Notes: generated from the letters alone by a model not told the origin. DNA of 64,000 bases from Deltaproteobacteria bacterium HGW-Deltaproteobacteria-6 (GCA_002840435.1 PHAT01000005.1:484460-548459); one strand, 5' to 3'; shown: positions 19,268 to 28,219, counted from the first letter of the stretch. Numbers and translations: made by a program.

Positions 19268-19563
19268 AGTCGGTTTGATAATAATATAATATCGATGCAA
19301 ACTTTTCATGTTCTTACCCCTGCCACCAAAGGAAAGCCATGGCGCAGGAGAGAAATAAATTTTGTGCTTTTTTTGATAACATTGATGTTATGTCACCGCA
19401 CCGGGACGCTCTTGGTAATCAATACGGGTGATGTACAGTAACACCTCTTTCTTGAGGAAAGCCGGCGCTACTTCTCGCTCGCGGGGTGCGCTTACAAAAC
19501 AAATCATGTTCCACAGCAAAACGAGCGCTAAAAAGAGGATCTGTTAAGCTTAAGGATAATTTT

Positions 19564-20505
19564 ATGGCAGATAAATCCATATCCGTTGTCGTTCCCGTTT
19601 ATAACAGTGAGCAATCCTTGCCGCTGCTTATAGACCGTCTTAACAAAGTCCTCATGGCTTCCTGTCAGGATTTCGAGGTGATCCTAGTTAACGACGGAAG
19701 CCGTGACGGAAGCTGGGAAACCATAGTTTCATTGGCTCAACAATATTCCTGGCTTCATGGCATAAATCTTATGCGTAATTACGGCCAGCATAATGCTCTG
19801 CTGTGCGGTATCCGCAAAGCTAAACACGAGCTTATTGTTACCATCGATGACGATCTCCAGAACCCGCCCGAGGAAATCCCCGGGCTTGTCGCCCGGCTGG
19901 AAGAGGGCTACGACGTCGTTTATGGCACGCCACAGGCACAGCAGCATGGAGTATTGCGCGATCTGGCCTCCATCATTACTAAAATGGCGCTTCAGGGCTT
20001 CATGGGGGCGCATGCAGCTCGCCAGGTCAGTGCCTTCCGCGTATTCCGGACTGAATTGCGTGAAGCTTTCCATCAATACCACGGTTCCTTCGTCTCCATT
20101 GATGTTCTGCTGACCTGGGGAGCGGAAAAGTTCTCAGCGGTTTCTGTGCGGCATGAACCAAGGACCATCGGGCAGTCTAATTATACCGTTTCGCGTCTCT
20201 TCAGGCACGCCATAAATATGATGACAGGATTTTCCGTCATGCCGCTGCAGGTTGCAAGTTTCCTGGGATTTGCCTGCACGATTTTTGGCCTTTTCATCCT
20301 GGTCTATGTCATTACCATTTTTCTGGTTCACGGCAGTCCGGTTCCAGGGTTTACGTTTCTTGCGTCGATTATTGCAATATTTTCCGGCGCACAGCTCCTT
20401 GCTCTGGGCATAATCGGCGAATATCTGGCACGTATGCACTTTCGAAGCTTGGGTCATCCCTCCAGTGTCATACGCGGTACAACGGATGACAAAAAGGGAA
20501 AATAA
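19564..20505 (+). CDS. family-2 glycosyltransferase, polyprenyl-phosphate sugar synthase type (ArnC/GtrB/DPM1-like)
   Basis: VVVPVYN…VNDGSRD…DDDLQNPP catalytic core plus two C-terminal TM helices. The ATG at 19564 has an AAGGA RBS; the ORF opens at 19486. Confidence 0.8.
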   Translation: MADKSISVVVPVYNSEQSLPLLIDRLNKVLMASCQDFEVILVNDGSRDGSWETIVSLAQQYSWLHGINLMRNYGQHNALLCGIRKAKHELIVTIDDDLQNPPEEIPGLVARLEEGYDVVYGTPQAQQHGVLRDLASIITKMALQGFMGAHAARQVSAFRVFRTELREAFHQYHGSFVSIDVLLTWGAEKFSAVSVRHEPRTIGQSNYTVSRLFRHAINMMTGFSVMPLQVASFLGFACTIFGLFILVYVITIFLVHGSPVPGFTFLASIIAIFSGAQLLALGIIGEYLARMHFRSLGHPSSVIRGTTDDKKGK

Positions 20506-20509
20506 ATTC

Positions 20510-21268
20510 ATGGTTAATAATGAGAGTTTAAATATATCGCTTGCCCCGCTTGAAGAAGAACGCTTCGGCATCAGATCGGCAAGAGCCGCTAATATTACAA
20601 GAGGCAATCTTTCACAGGTCATTGATTTCTGCCAGCAAAACAAGGTAACACTTCTCATTGCCAGATGTACGGCAACCCATCTGGATGCCGTACAAGAAAT
20701 GGAACACCTGGGTTTTTTTGTGGCCGACACACTTGTTTATTACGGCCGAAGTCTGGCGACGGGCATATTACCAGCGCCAGACTCGCCGGTTGTTATCCGA
20801 CCCCTTGAGAAAGGGGAGGGTTCCCAAGTGCAGGCCATTGCCGAAGAAGCTTTTAGCAACTACATCAGTCATTATCATCAGGATAAACGTCTGGACAGAA
20901 AAAAATGCAATGATGTTTATGGAGATTGGGCAAATGAAGCATGCTTCAATCGGGATGAATCACACGAAGTATTGATTGCTCTTCGCAATAATGAAATATC
21001 AGCCTTTGCGACGCTTCGGTTAAATAATCCTCAGCAGGGGGAAGGCGTCTTGTTTGGTATTGGTCGGGACGCTCAAGGCGCGGGTATATATAAGTTACTC
21101 ATGATGGCTGGAATGCGCTGGTGCGCTGATTTACATGCTCAGGAAATGATTGTTTCCACACAAATCATTAATGTCGCAGTCCAAAAGGTATGGGTGCGAT
21201 TAGGTTTTGAACCGCAAAAATATGTTTATACGCTGCATAAGTGGTTCGATCGCCAATCAACATTATGA
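20510..21268 (+). CDS. GNAT N-acetyltransferase resembling WecD (dTDP-4-amino-4,6-dideoxygalactose acyltransferase)
   Basis: Two-domain layout. The N-terminal L..E..RFG..SA…D.VQEMEHLGF matches my recollection of E. coli WecD (L.WE..FFG..SA…LDALQQLGF). C-terminal GNAT core. Confidence 0.6.
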   Translation: MVNNESLNISLAPLEEERFGIRSARAANITRGNLSQVIDFCQQNKVTLLIARCTATHLDAVQEMEHLGFFVADTLVYYGRSLATGILPAPDSPVVIRPLEKGEGSQVQAIAEEAFSNYISHYHQDKRLDRKKCNDVYGDWANEACFNRDESHEVLIALRNNEISAFATLRLNNPQQGEGVLFGIGRDAQGAGIYKLLMMAGMRWCADLHAQEMIVSTQIINVAVQKVWVRLGFEPQKYVYTLHKWFDRQSTL

Positions 21269-21511
21269 TGATCCTGGGAACGATGACTGAACCTGAAAGC
21301 ATATTCAGTGAAAAACCATGGATGTGTTCACATGACGGATAGAGTCCGGCTCATCGGGCATTTATCTTGCGCCGGCCTTTCATGCGGATCTTAATCATCA
21401 TGCGAAATATGCTCAGGGATATGGTCGCGGGAAAACTTGCTGATTAACCATAATATTGCTTCTGCCTGTCGGTGGCAGCGCCCGTTTTCATCGCCACCCA
21501 GGAGGTAAATG

Positions 21512-22660
21512 ATGGAGCCTTTCAAAATACCCTATAATAAGCCGTTCATTGTCGGCAGGGAACTGCTCTATATTGAGCAGGCCGTCATTGAAAATCGCCA
21601 TATTGCCGGTGACGGGCTCTTTACGAAGAAATGCCATGTCTGGCTTGAGGAGCGGTTGCGATGCCAAAAAGCGCTCCTGACCCATTCCTGCACGGCTGCG
21701 CTGGAAATGGCTGCAATCCTCTGTGATATTCAGCCCGGCGACGAAATTATCATGCCCTCATTTACTTTTGTATCGACGGCCAACGCATTTGTTCTTCGGG
21801 GAGGTGTGCCGGTATTTGTGGATATTCGGCGCGACACGCTTAATATTGATGAACGTCTTATTGAAGCTGCAATCACATCCCGGACGAAAGCAATCGTTCC
21901 GGTCCATTATGCAGGAGTGGCCTGTGCGATGGACGCCATTCTGGATATAGCGCAAAGACATAATCTGCTCGTTGTCGAGGATGCCGCTCAAGCGTTGCTT
22001 TCAACTTACAAGGGCCGGTTTCTGGGTACTATAGGGAATTTCGGCTGTTTAAGTTTTCATGAAACCAAAAATATCATCAGCGGTGAAGGCGGCGCCCTCC
22101 TGGTGAATGATCTTCGTTTCGAGGAGAGATCCGAAATTATAAGACAAAAAGGGACGAATCGAATAAAATTTCTAAAAGGCGAGGTGGACAAATATACCTG
22201 GGTTGATAAGGGATCTTCTTTTCTGCCAAGTGAACTGATCGGAGCATTTTTGTATGCTCAGCTTGAACAAGCCGAAAAAATTATCGATGCCAGGTGTAGA
22301 ATATACCATTATTACTGCGACCTTTTGACGCCTTTGAGTGAGAAGAAGTTTTTACGGCTTCCGATTACAGAAGAAGGATGTATTAATAACGGCCATATTT
22401 TTTATGTTATAACTCGCTCAGCCGAAGAGCGGTCTGAACTGATAGAATTTCTGAAGGACAAGTCAATTTTGCCGGTATTCCATTACATACCTCTTCACTC
22501 GTCTCCTGCCGGTGTCAAATATGGCAGAGCCTGCGGGACAATGTCTGTGACAGACGACATCAGTCAGAGGATATTACGCCTGCCGATGTACTATGAATTG
22601 AGTGAAGGCGATGTAGAAATGGTTGTACGGGCTGTGGAAAGTTTCTATAACAATAAGTAA
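21512..22660 (+). CDS. wecE: dTDP-4-amino-4,6-dideoxygalactose transaminase-like (DegT/DnrJ/EryC1 family, WecE type)
   Basis: Long stretches match the remembered E. coli WecE sequence (PGDEIIMPSFTFVSTANAFVLRG, VPVHYAGVAC, SFHETKN PLP-Lys, DKYTW.D.GSS). GGAGG RBS. Confidence 0.8.
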   Translation: MEPFKIPYNKPFIVGRELLYIEQAVIENRHIAGDGLFTKKCHVWLEERLRCQKALLTHSCTAALEMAAILCDIQPGDEIIMPSFTFVSTANAFVLRGGVPVFVDIRRDTLNIDERLIEAAITSRTKAIVPVHYAGVACAMDAILDIAQRHNLLVVEDAAQALLSTYKGRFLGTIGNFGCLSFHETKNIISGEGGALLVNDLRFEERSEIIRQKGTNRIKFLKGEVDKYTWVDKGSSFLPSELIGAFLYAQLEQAEKIIDARCRIYHYYCDLLTPLSEKKFLRLPITEEGCINNGHIFYVITRSAEERSELIEFLKDKSILPVFHYIPLHSSPAGVKYGRACGTMSVTDDISQRILRLPMYYELSEGDVEMVVRAVESFYNNK

Positions 22661-22682
22661 ATTAAAAACAGGAAAGAATCAT

Positions 22683-23477
22683 TTGGAAAAAGCGCATAAA
22701 ATTCAATCTATTATTAAAAAAGATTTTGATAATAATAAAAGTGTTCAGAATACAGGCATTACAAAAGATAATGGCCTGTTTTGTAAGATTCAAAACTTTC
22801 TGAAAAAGAACGGAACCGTATATTACTTTCTCCTGAATTTGTTTGCCCCGGTTCTGACAAGTTTTGACTATCGAAAAACCGTAAACAGGATGCTGAAGAA
22901 ATATGGCCGGGAACATTTTATATTGAACGTTGGCAGTGGACCAACGTATCTTCATAACCGGCAGGACGTTATTAATGTAGATTTTTTTCCATACAGCGAA
23001 ATCGACATCGTGGCGGATATCACGGATTTGCCGATAAAAGACGGGGGAGTGGATTTCATTATCAATATTGCTGTTCTTGAACATGTTGACAAAGCCCATG
23101 TTGTTGTCCGGGAAATGTTCAGAATGCTAAAACCCGGGGGTGAATTGCTGTGTTATGTTCCATTTGTTATGCCATTTCATGGAGCGCCGCAGGATTTTCA
23201 GCGCTGGACAATGCCGGGTATGGAAAAACTCTTTTCAGAGTTTGAAATTATAGAAATGGGCATTGGCGCCGGACCTACATCCGCGATGCTCTGGATTGTC
23301 CAGGAATGGCTTGCCATTCTCTTTTCCTTCGGTAGTAAAACATTACACGATATCATAATGATGGTCCTGATGGTTTTGACCATGCCCGTAAAGTTCATGG
23401 ATATGATTTTAGTTAAGTTCCCTAATGCAGAAAAAATTGCCAGTGGATTTTATGTGGTTGCTAAAAAAAAGGAATGA
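22683..23477 (+). CDS. class I SAM-dependent methyltransferase with hydrophobic N- and C-terminal segments
   Basis: LNVGSGPT SAM motif. The C-terminal hydrophobic stretch is probably membrane-associated. The TTG at 22683 has an AGGAAAG RBS; the ORF opens at 22623. Confidence 0.7.
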   Translation: MEKAHKIQSIIKKDFDNNKSVQNTGITKDNGLFCKIQNFLKKNGTVYYFLLNLFAPVLTSFDYRKTVNRMLKKYGREHFILNVGSGPTYLHNRQDVINVDFFPYSEIDIVADITDLPIKDGGVDFIINIAVLEHVDKAHVVVREMFRMLKPGGELLCYVPFVMPFHGAPQDFQRWTMPGMEKLFSEFEIIEMGIGAGPTSAMLWIVQEWLAILFSFGSKTLHDIIMMVLMVLTMPVKFMDMILVKFPNAEKIASGFYVVAKKKE

Positions 23478-23544
23478 TCTGATTATCCTGAAGCACCGGT
23501 TATGCATATCACGGGGATAAAAAGTAAACAGCAGGAGACAATAC

Positions 23545-25122
23545 TTGCATATGATTTTACAAAAGCTGGCGGATAATATTTTCCGCAGCACAGGATGTCT
23601 TTACAGTGTCTTCCTTCTATTCATCATTGTCTTAAAATGGCCTTTTTTTTCTATGCCGCCGGTCTGGGATGAAGCATTCAGTATTTTTCCGGCGGCGGAT
23701 TTCTTAGTCAGGCATGGTTTTGATTATTCGCTTTTAATGGCTCAGCCGGGTTACCATGACGGCGGCCCGACAGCGCATGCATTGTCTCTGCTCACCCTGG
23801 TGACGGCTCTTGTTTTAAAAATAACCGGCGGCGGGAAAATGGCCTGGCTGATTTTGCATGTTTTACAGTGGCTGATGGCGGCGGCCATAGGCACTCTGCT
23901 GGCGCGGATATACAGCAGGTTGTTTGATGATATGACGGCTTTCCTGCTTGCGGCAGCTTCGCTTGCCTATCCCCTCATGCTTGCCCAAATCGGTCGCATG
24001 TACATCGAAATTCCCTTACTTTTCTTCTCCCTGTTTGCATTTTATAATTATCGCAATGACCGGATATGGTTAACCTCCCTGTGCCTTTTGGCTGCCTGTC
24101 TGACCAAAGGAAGCGGTATTATTGCCGTCGGGGTCGTGTGTATCCTGGCATTATTTTCAAAGAACAAATCTCTTAAAAATAATATTTTGGACTTTTTCGT
24201 TATTTTGATCCCTTCTTTTGCCGTGCTTTTTGCGCTGTCGAGCATCGGACGTCTTCAACTTGCATTTTCCAATCAATCAACTTTTACGGATCTTTTAAAT
24301 GAAATCATTTACCGCAATCTCCATACGCAGCAGATCTATATATCCTCCATGCCGGAATTAAATTTTATTATTGCCGGAAGTGTTGTGATATCCATATTTG
24401 TCTTATTGAAAAATATTATTCGATATGTAAAATCGCAGGAAAATGATTCTAATATCATCATTTATAATTGCCTGTTTATCATTGCATTTTCCATCTTCCA
24501 TTTTGTCGTGTATGCTTATATACAAATAAGTGACAGTGCTTCTTTTATATCCAGATACTTTTTTTATGTTATTCCCTCCATGTTTTTAGTCATTTATTAT
24601 TCAATAGATGAGATTTTAAAAGTAGCAAAGATAAGAATCTTCGTTCTTTTATTGATCATAATAATTTTCCTTATTAACAGGAATGGAATGTTTTACCCGG
24701 AAATTCCCCATTCAAGTATTGCCATAGCAGAACGGTCGGAAGAATATGTCGACGGGTATCGGGTTCAGAAAGAGTATATACGGGTGATTGAAAATGAAGT
24801 GCCGGAAAACATACCGGTCTATGTCGATCTTCCGGATTATTTTTTAACGCATTATCCTGTTTCTCAGTATGTCGGGAAACCGCTGGCCAATGTTTATTTA
24901 CTGAGGCATGTTGTAAAATTAAATGGCAGCAAGTTCATATATCCGGATCATTTTGTTTTGGTGTATAATTATCCATGGTTAGGAGGGAGGCACATTAAAT
25001 ATTTATTGCAGGATGTGTCCGGAAATAAAGAATTTTTATCCAAGGAATTGGGATATTTTAAAAGAGGTTGTTTCAGCGCCAGGGTGGTTGAAGTTAAGCG
25101 AAAACAAACGGCGTCTTTTTGA
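23545..25122 (+). CDS. polytopic membrane glycosyltransferase candidate, GT-C fold (ArnT/PMT-like), with a C-terminal soluble domain
   Basis: 525 aa with 10 or more hydrophobic helices. Acidic WDE motif in the first predicted external loop and a roughly 150-aa non-hydrophobic C-terminus. Very AT-rich. Confidence 0.55.
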   Translation: MHMILQKLADNIFRSTGCLYSVFLLFIIVLKWPFFSMPPVWDEAFSIFPAADFLVRHGFDYSLLMAQPGYHDGGPTAHALSLLTLVTALVLKITGGGKMAWLILHVLQWLMAAAIGTLLARIYSRLFDDMTAFLLAAASLAYPLMLAQIGRMYIEIPLLFFSLFAFYNYRNDRIWLTSLCLLAACLTKGSGIIAVGVVCILALFSKNKSLKNNILDFFVILIPSFAVLFALSSIGRLQLAFSNQSTFTDLLNEIIYRNLHTQQIYISSMPELNFIIAGSVVISIFVLLKNIIRYVKSQENDSNIIIYNCLFIIAFSIFHFVVYAYIQISDSASFISRYFFYVIPSMFLVIYYSIDEILKVAKIRIFVLLLIIIIFLINRNGMFYPEIPHSSIAIAERSEEYVDGYRVQKEYIRVIENEVPENIPVYVDLPDYFLTHYPVSQYVGKPLANVYLLRHVVKLNGSKFIYPDHFVLVYNYPWLGGRHIKYLLQDVSGNKEFLSKELGYFKRGCFSARVVEVKRKQTASF

Positions 25123-25192
25123 TGGACAAAATGTTTTTTCGAGAGTGCAATACGAATGAATAAAACTCAATAGCAATCGCAAAGGAACAAAT

Positions 25193-25627
25193 ATGAAAAA
25201 AGTTTTTCCGGTTATTTTCTTACCATTCCTGATAGTCTTTCTGGTCGCAACGCCGCTAATTGCTTCATCAGATTGGGTGGAGCATTATACCGATGAGAGC
25301 GGGGATGTGATTTCCTATAAAATAGAAAACAAAATAAAAAATGTGGTTCAGGTGTGGGTAAAACGGGTCCTGACTGAGGAAGGTGAAAAAATATTTATCC
25401 AGGACAGCAGACAAAATGGATTGCCAACGGAAGGATGGCGCAGGCTCGAACATTTTACATCTCTATATGAGATCGATTGCCAGGCGAAAAGCGGCCGGGT
25501 GTTGTCCGTCGTCATTTATGATAAGGAAGGGAAAGTCGTGTATGCTGCTTCTTTTGGTGAGCCAAAATGGGAATATATGGTTCCTGATTCCATTGGAGAC
25601 TCTTTCCGGAAAGAGGTCTGTAATTAG
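25193..25627 (+). CDS. small secreted protein, Adhesin_E-like (surface-adhesin protein E-like) domain, paralog 1
   Basis: Signal peptide. The W…IDC…YD..G.V…W.Y.VPDS.G…VC pattern is shared with the next gene. Confidence 0.5.
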   Translation: MKKVFPVIFLPFLIVFLVATPLIASSDWVEHYTDESGDVISYKIENKIKNVVQVWVKRVLTEEGEKIFIQDSRQNGLPTEGWRRLEHFTSLYEIDCQAKSGRVLSVVIYDKEGKVVYAASFGEPKWEYMVPDSIGDSFRKEVCN

Positions 25628-25671
25628 CTCCGCCATTCCAAAATTGAAAGGTTCAAGGTAAAATAAAGAGG

Positions 25672-26148
25672 ATGATGAAAAATAAATTACAATTCCTGTT
25701 CATGCTTTTAATGGTCACCGTTCTTTCATTGCCTTCCGTCTGCTTTTCACAACAGCCAAATCCCAAAATATGGGAACCTCTTGAATATAATTCATATTAC
25801 AATAAAAAAATTATTACAAAATCACCGGACATTCGATTAGTCTGGACATACAAAACAATCACGGATGATCGCAGGGAAAAGAGCATCGAAGAAGTCAAAC
25901 AATATGATTTGGAGAACTCCGTAAAATACCGGAACTATCATCATGAAACAATCTTGTGGAACATCGATTGCAGGAATAAAATGATTATGATGGAAGAGTT
26001 TATAGATTTTGACAGGCACGGAAAGGTATTGGACCGCTACAGATATAGTCATAGTCAATGGGATCGTATTATACCCAACAGTAAAGGAGAGCAGCTATAT
26101 CGAAATGTTTGCATAAGCCAGAAAAAACCATCGAAAAAGAAGAAATAG
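25672..26148 (+). CDS. small secreted protein, Adhesin_E-like domain, paralog 2, with a Lys-rich tail
   Basis: Signal peptide. W…IDC…FD..G.V…W..IIPNS.G…VC. C-terminal KKPSKKKK. Confidence 0.5.
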   Translation: MMKNKLQFLFMLLMVTVLSLPSVCFSQQPNPKIWEPLEYNSYYNKKIITKSPDIRLVWTYKTITDDRREKSIEEVKQYDLENSVKYRNYHHETILWNIDCRNKMIMMEEFIDFDRHGKVLDRYRYSHSQWDRIIPNSKGEQLYRNVCISQKKPSKKKK

Positions 26149-26511
26149 TCAGATTTGATGCAGCAACCCGGCAAACCGCCGGAAAGGAATTGCCGGACAA
26201 CTTCCAAGAAACTGTGCATTGATTAAAATGTCCGTTGAGATATTTTAAGACCGCACACCGCTATGCCTGATAAAGATATTTTCTGAAAAAACCATTTAAG
26301 GCTCCTCGGGTGTTCCCGATTTGCGATGCTCCTCTGCTCAATAAAATGGGCTATCTTACACTGAACAATTTTGATATGGTTATCCTTCGTCAGCGGGTTA
26401 ACCCTGAATCCCCGGATCGTCATTCCGGACGCATCCTGTAAGACTGGCGGGGTATTGAAGGCTGCGGATGAACCGGTTGAAAAGAGCATTGGCATTCCGG
26501 GAGGTTTTGGC

Positions 26512-27225
26512 ATGAATCAGGAGCTTGGGATACTGCTTGTCACCGCTGTGTCCATCGGGTTTTTTCACACACTGTTAGGGCCGGATCATTACGTGCCGTT
26601 TATCGTGCTGTCCAAAGCCCGGAAGTGGTCAACCCTTAAAACGGTATGGATGACGATTCTTTGCGGTATCGGGCATGTCGGCAGTTCCATCATTCTTGGT
26701 TTCATCGGGATTGGTTTCGGTGTTGCCGTCTCGCGTTTGGAATCTCTGGAATCCATCCGTGGCAGCATTGCCGGATGGATGTTGATTGCATTCGGGCTCA
26801 TCTATTTCATCTGGGGGGTCCGCCTTGCCTATCGAAGCAAACCGCATACTCATTGGCATCCGCATAGCGACGGCAACATTCACGAACATGTGCACGTCCA
26901 TGCGCAAGAACATGTCCATCCGCACGAGAAATCCGGGCGTCCCGGGATGACCCCCTGGATTGTATTTGCCATATTGATCTTCGGCCCGTGTGAACCGCTG
27001 ATTCCACTTCTGATGTATCCGGCGGCTCAGGGGCATATTTTTCATGTTGTCCTCGTCAGCCTTGTTTTTGGCGCTGTGACGATCGGAACCATGCTGAGCA
27101 TTATCATGGCGTCCCTTGCCGGTTTGCATTGGCTGCCAACCGCGCGGTTTGAACGTTACACTCATGCTCTCGCGGGCGTTTCAATTTTATTTTGCGGAAT
27201 CGCAGTGCAGTTTCTGGGTCTTTAG
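26512..27225 (+). CDS. NicO/RcnA-like nickel/cobalt efflux-type membrane protein with a His-rich loop
   Basis: FHTLLGPDH in TM1. Loop HTHWHPHSDGNIHEHVHVHAQEHVHPHE. GPCEP motif in the second half. GGGAGG RBS; the ORF opens at 26371. Confidence 0.6.
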   Translation: MNQELGILLVTAVSIGFFHTLLGPDHYVPFIVLSKARKWSTLKTVWMTILCGIGHVGSSIILGFIGIGFGVAVSRLESLESIRGSIAGWMLIAFGLIYFIWGVRLAYRSKPHTHWHPHSDGNIHEHVHVHAQEHVHPHEKSGRPGMTPWIVFAILIFGPCEPLIPLLMYPAAQGHIFHVVLVSLVFGAVTIGTMLSIIMASLAGLHWLPTARFERYTHALAGVSILFCGIAVQFLGL

Positions 27226-27308
27226 GGCAGGCAGGATGATGACGTCCTGTCTGGAATGAAAAGTCGTAATCATATTTACCGCAGCAGATATCCGGGGAGG
27301 TCCTGCTC

Positions 27309-28193
27309 ATGTCAGAATTATTAACTATATTGGGGTGTCGTTATCCGGTTATTCAGGGGCCCATTGGTATGTTGAATGATCCCGGGATGGTTGCCGCCGT
27401 TTCCGGGGCAGGCGCGTATGGTATGCTGGCTTTGGGATTCGTCAAGGACGTTGACGAAGTCAGAAAGCTTGTGGACGGGGTGCGTGAATTAACGGATAAG
27501 CCGTTCGGAGCAAACATCATGCTGGTTAATCCGCTTAATGAAAAAATCCTTGAGGTTCTGGCAGGCGCGGGCGTCAAGGCCGTAACAACGTCCGTGGGTT
27601 CACCGGCCGGGATTTATCCGATCATTCATGACTTGGGGATGAAGGGGATTCATGTCGTCCTTGCCTTCCATCACGCCTTAAAAGCGGTGGAGGCCGGTGC
27701 GGACGGCCTGGTCATTGCGGGTTCGGAAGCGGGAGGGTTGCGTTCCGTAAATTCCGAATCATCCACCATGGTCCTTGTGCCTTTGGTGGTCGATCACGTC
27801 AAAGTTCCGGTTGTGGCAGCAGGAGGCATTGCGGATTCCAGAGGGTACAAGGCTGCACTGGCTCTGGGGGCGCAGGGGGTGCAGGTCGGGACAAGATTTC
27901 TGGCATCTGAGGAGAGCCCGGCCGACGAACGATGGAAGAAGGCTATTGTGGAGTGTGAGGATGGCGGAACCGATTTGATACCTGCCGGCAATTTGCGTTC
28001 AAGGATTATTGTTTCGCCCTGGATCAAACAGAAAATGGCTGATCCGGCAGTGAAAAATATTGCCGATGAACTGGATCGCGTTCCCACGGCAACCGGAAAT
28101 TATGAACGGGCCGCCCTGGGAGCGGGCCAGGTCAGCGCGCTGATTAAAGACATCAAGCCGATTAAGGTCATCATCGAGGAAATGGTGTCCTGA
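27309..28193 (+). CDS. nitronate monooxygenase / FabK-like FMN oxidoreductase family
   Basis: PVIQGPIG…, VVAAGGIADSRG and GAQGVQVGTRF motifs of the NMO family. Confidence 0.75.
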   Translation: MSELLTILGCRYPVIQGPIGMLNDPGMVAAVSGAGAYGMLALGFVKDVDEVRKLVDGVRELTDKPFGANIMLVNPLNEKILEVLAGAGVKAVTTSVGSPAGIYPIIHDLGMKGIHVVLAFHHALKAVEAGADGLVIAGSEAGGLRSVNSESSTMVLVPLVVDHVKVPVVAAGGIADSRGYKAALALGAQGVQVGTRFLASEESPADERWKKAIVECEDGGTDLIPAGNLRSRIIVSPWIKQKMADPAVKNIADELDRVPTATGNYERAALGAGQVSALIKDIKPIKVIIEEMVS

Positions 28194-28219
28194 GATCGCA
28201 TGACAATGGCAAGCGCAAA

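Noticed and set aside
26371-26511. Upstream extensions of several ORFs in the supplied track (26371, 43312, 19486, 15693, 10919, 59222, 62488 and others).
   Set aside because: In each case an internal start has a proper Shine-Dalgarno sequence, and the family-typical N-terminus begins there. The extensions would also overlap upstream genes or lack any conserved features.
26223-26513. 96-aa minus-strand ORF upstream of the RcnA-like gene, considered as a possible divergent RcnR/CsoR- or ArsR-type metalloregulator.
   Set aside because: It has no CsoR/RcnR (H-C-H-C) or ArsR HTH features, and it overlaps the transporter's start and RBS. The composition looks non-coding.
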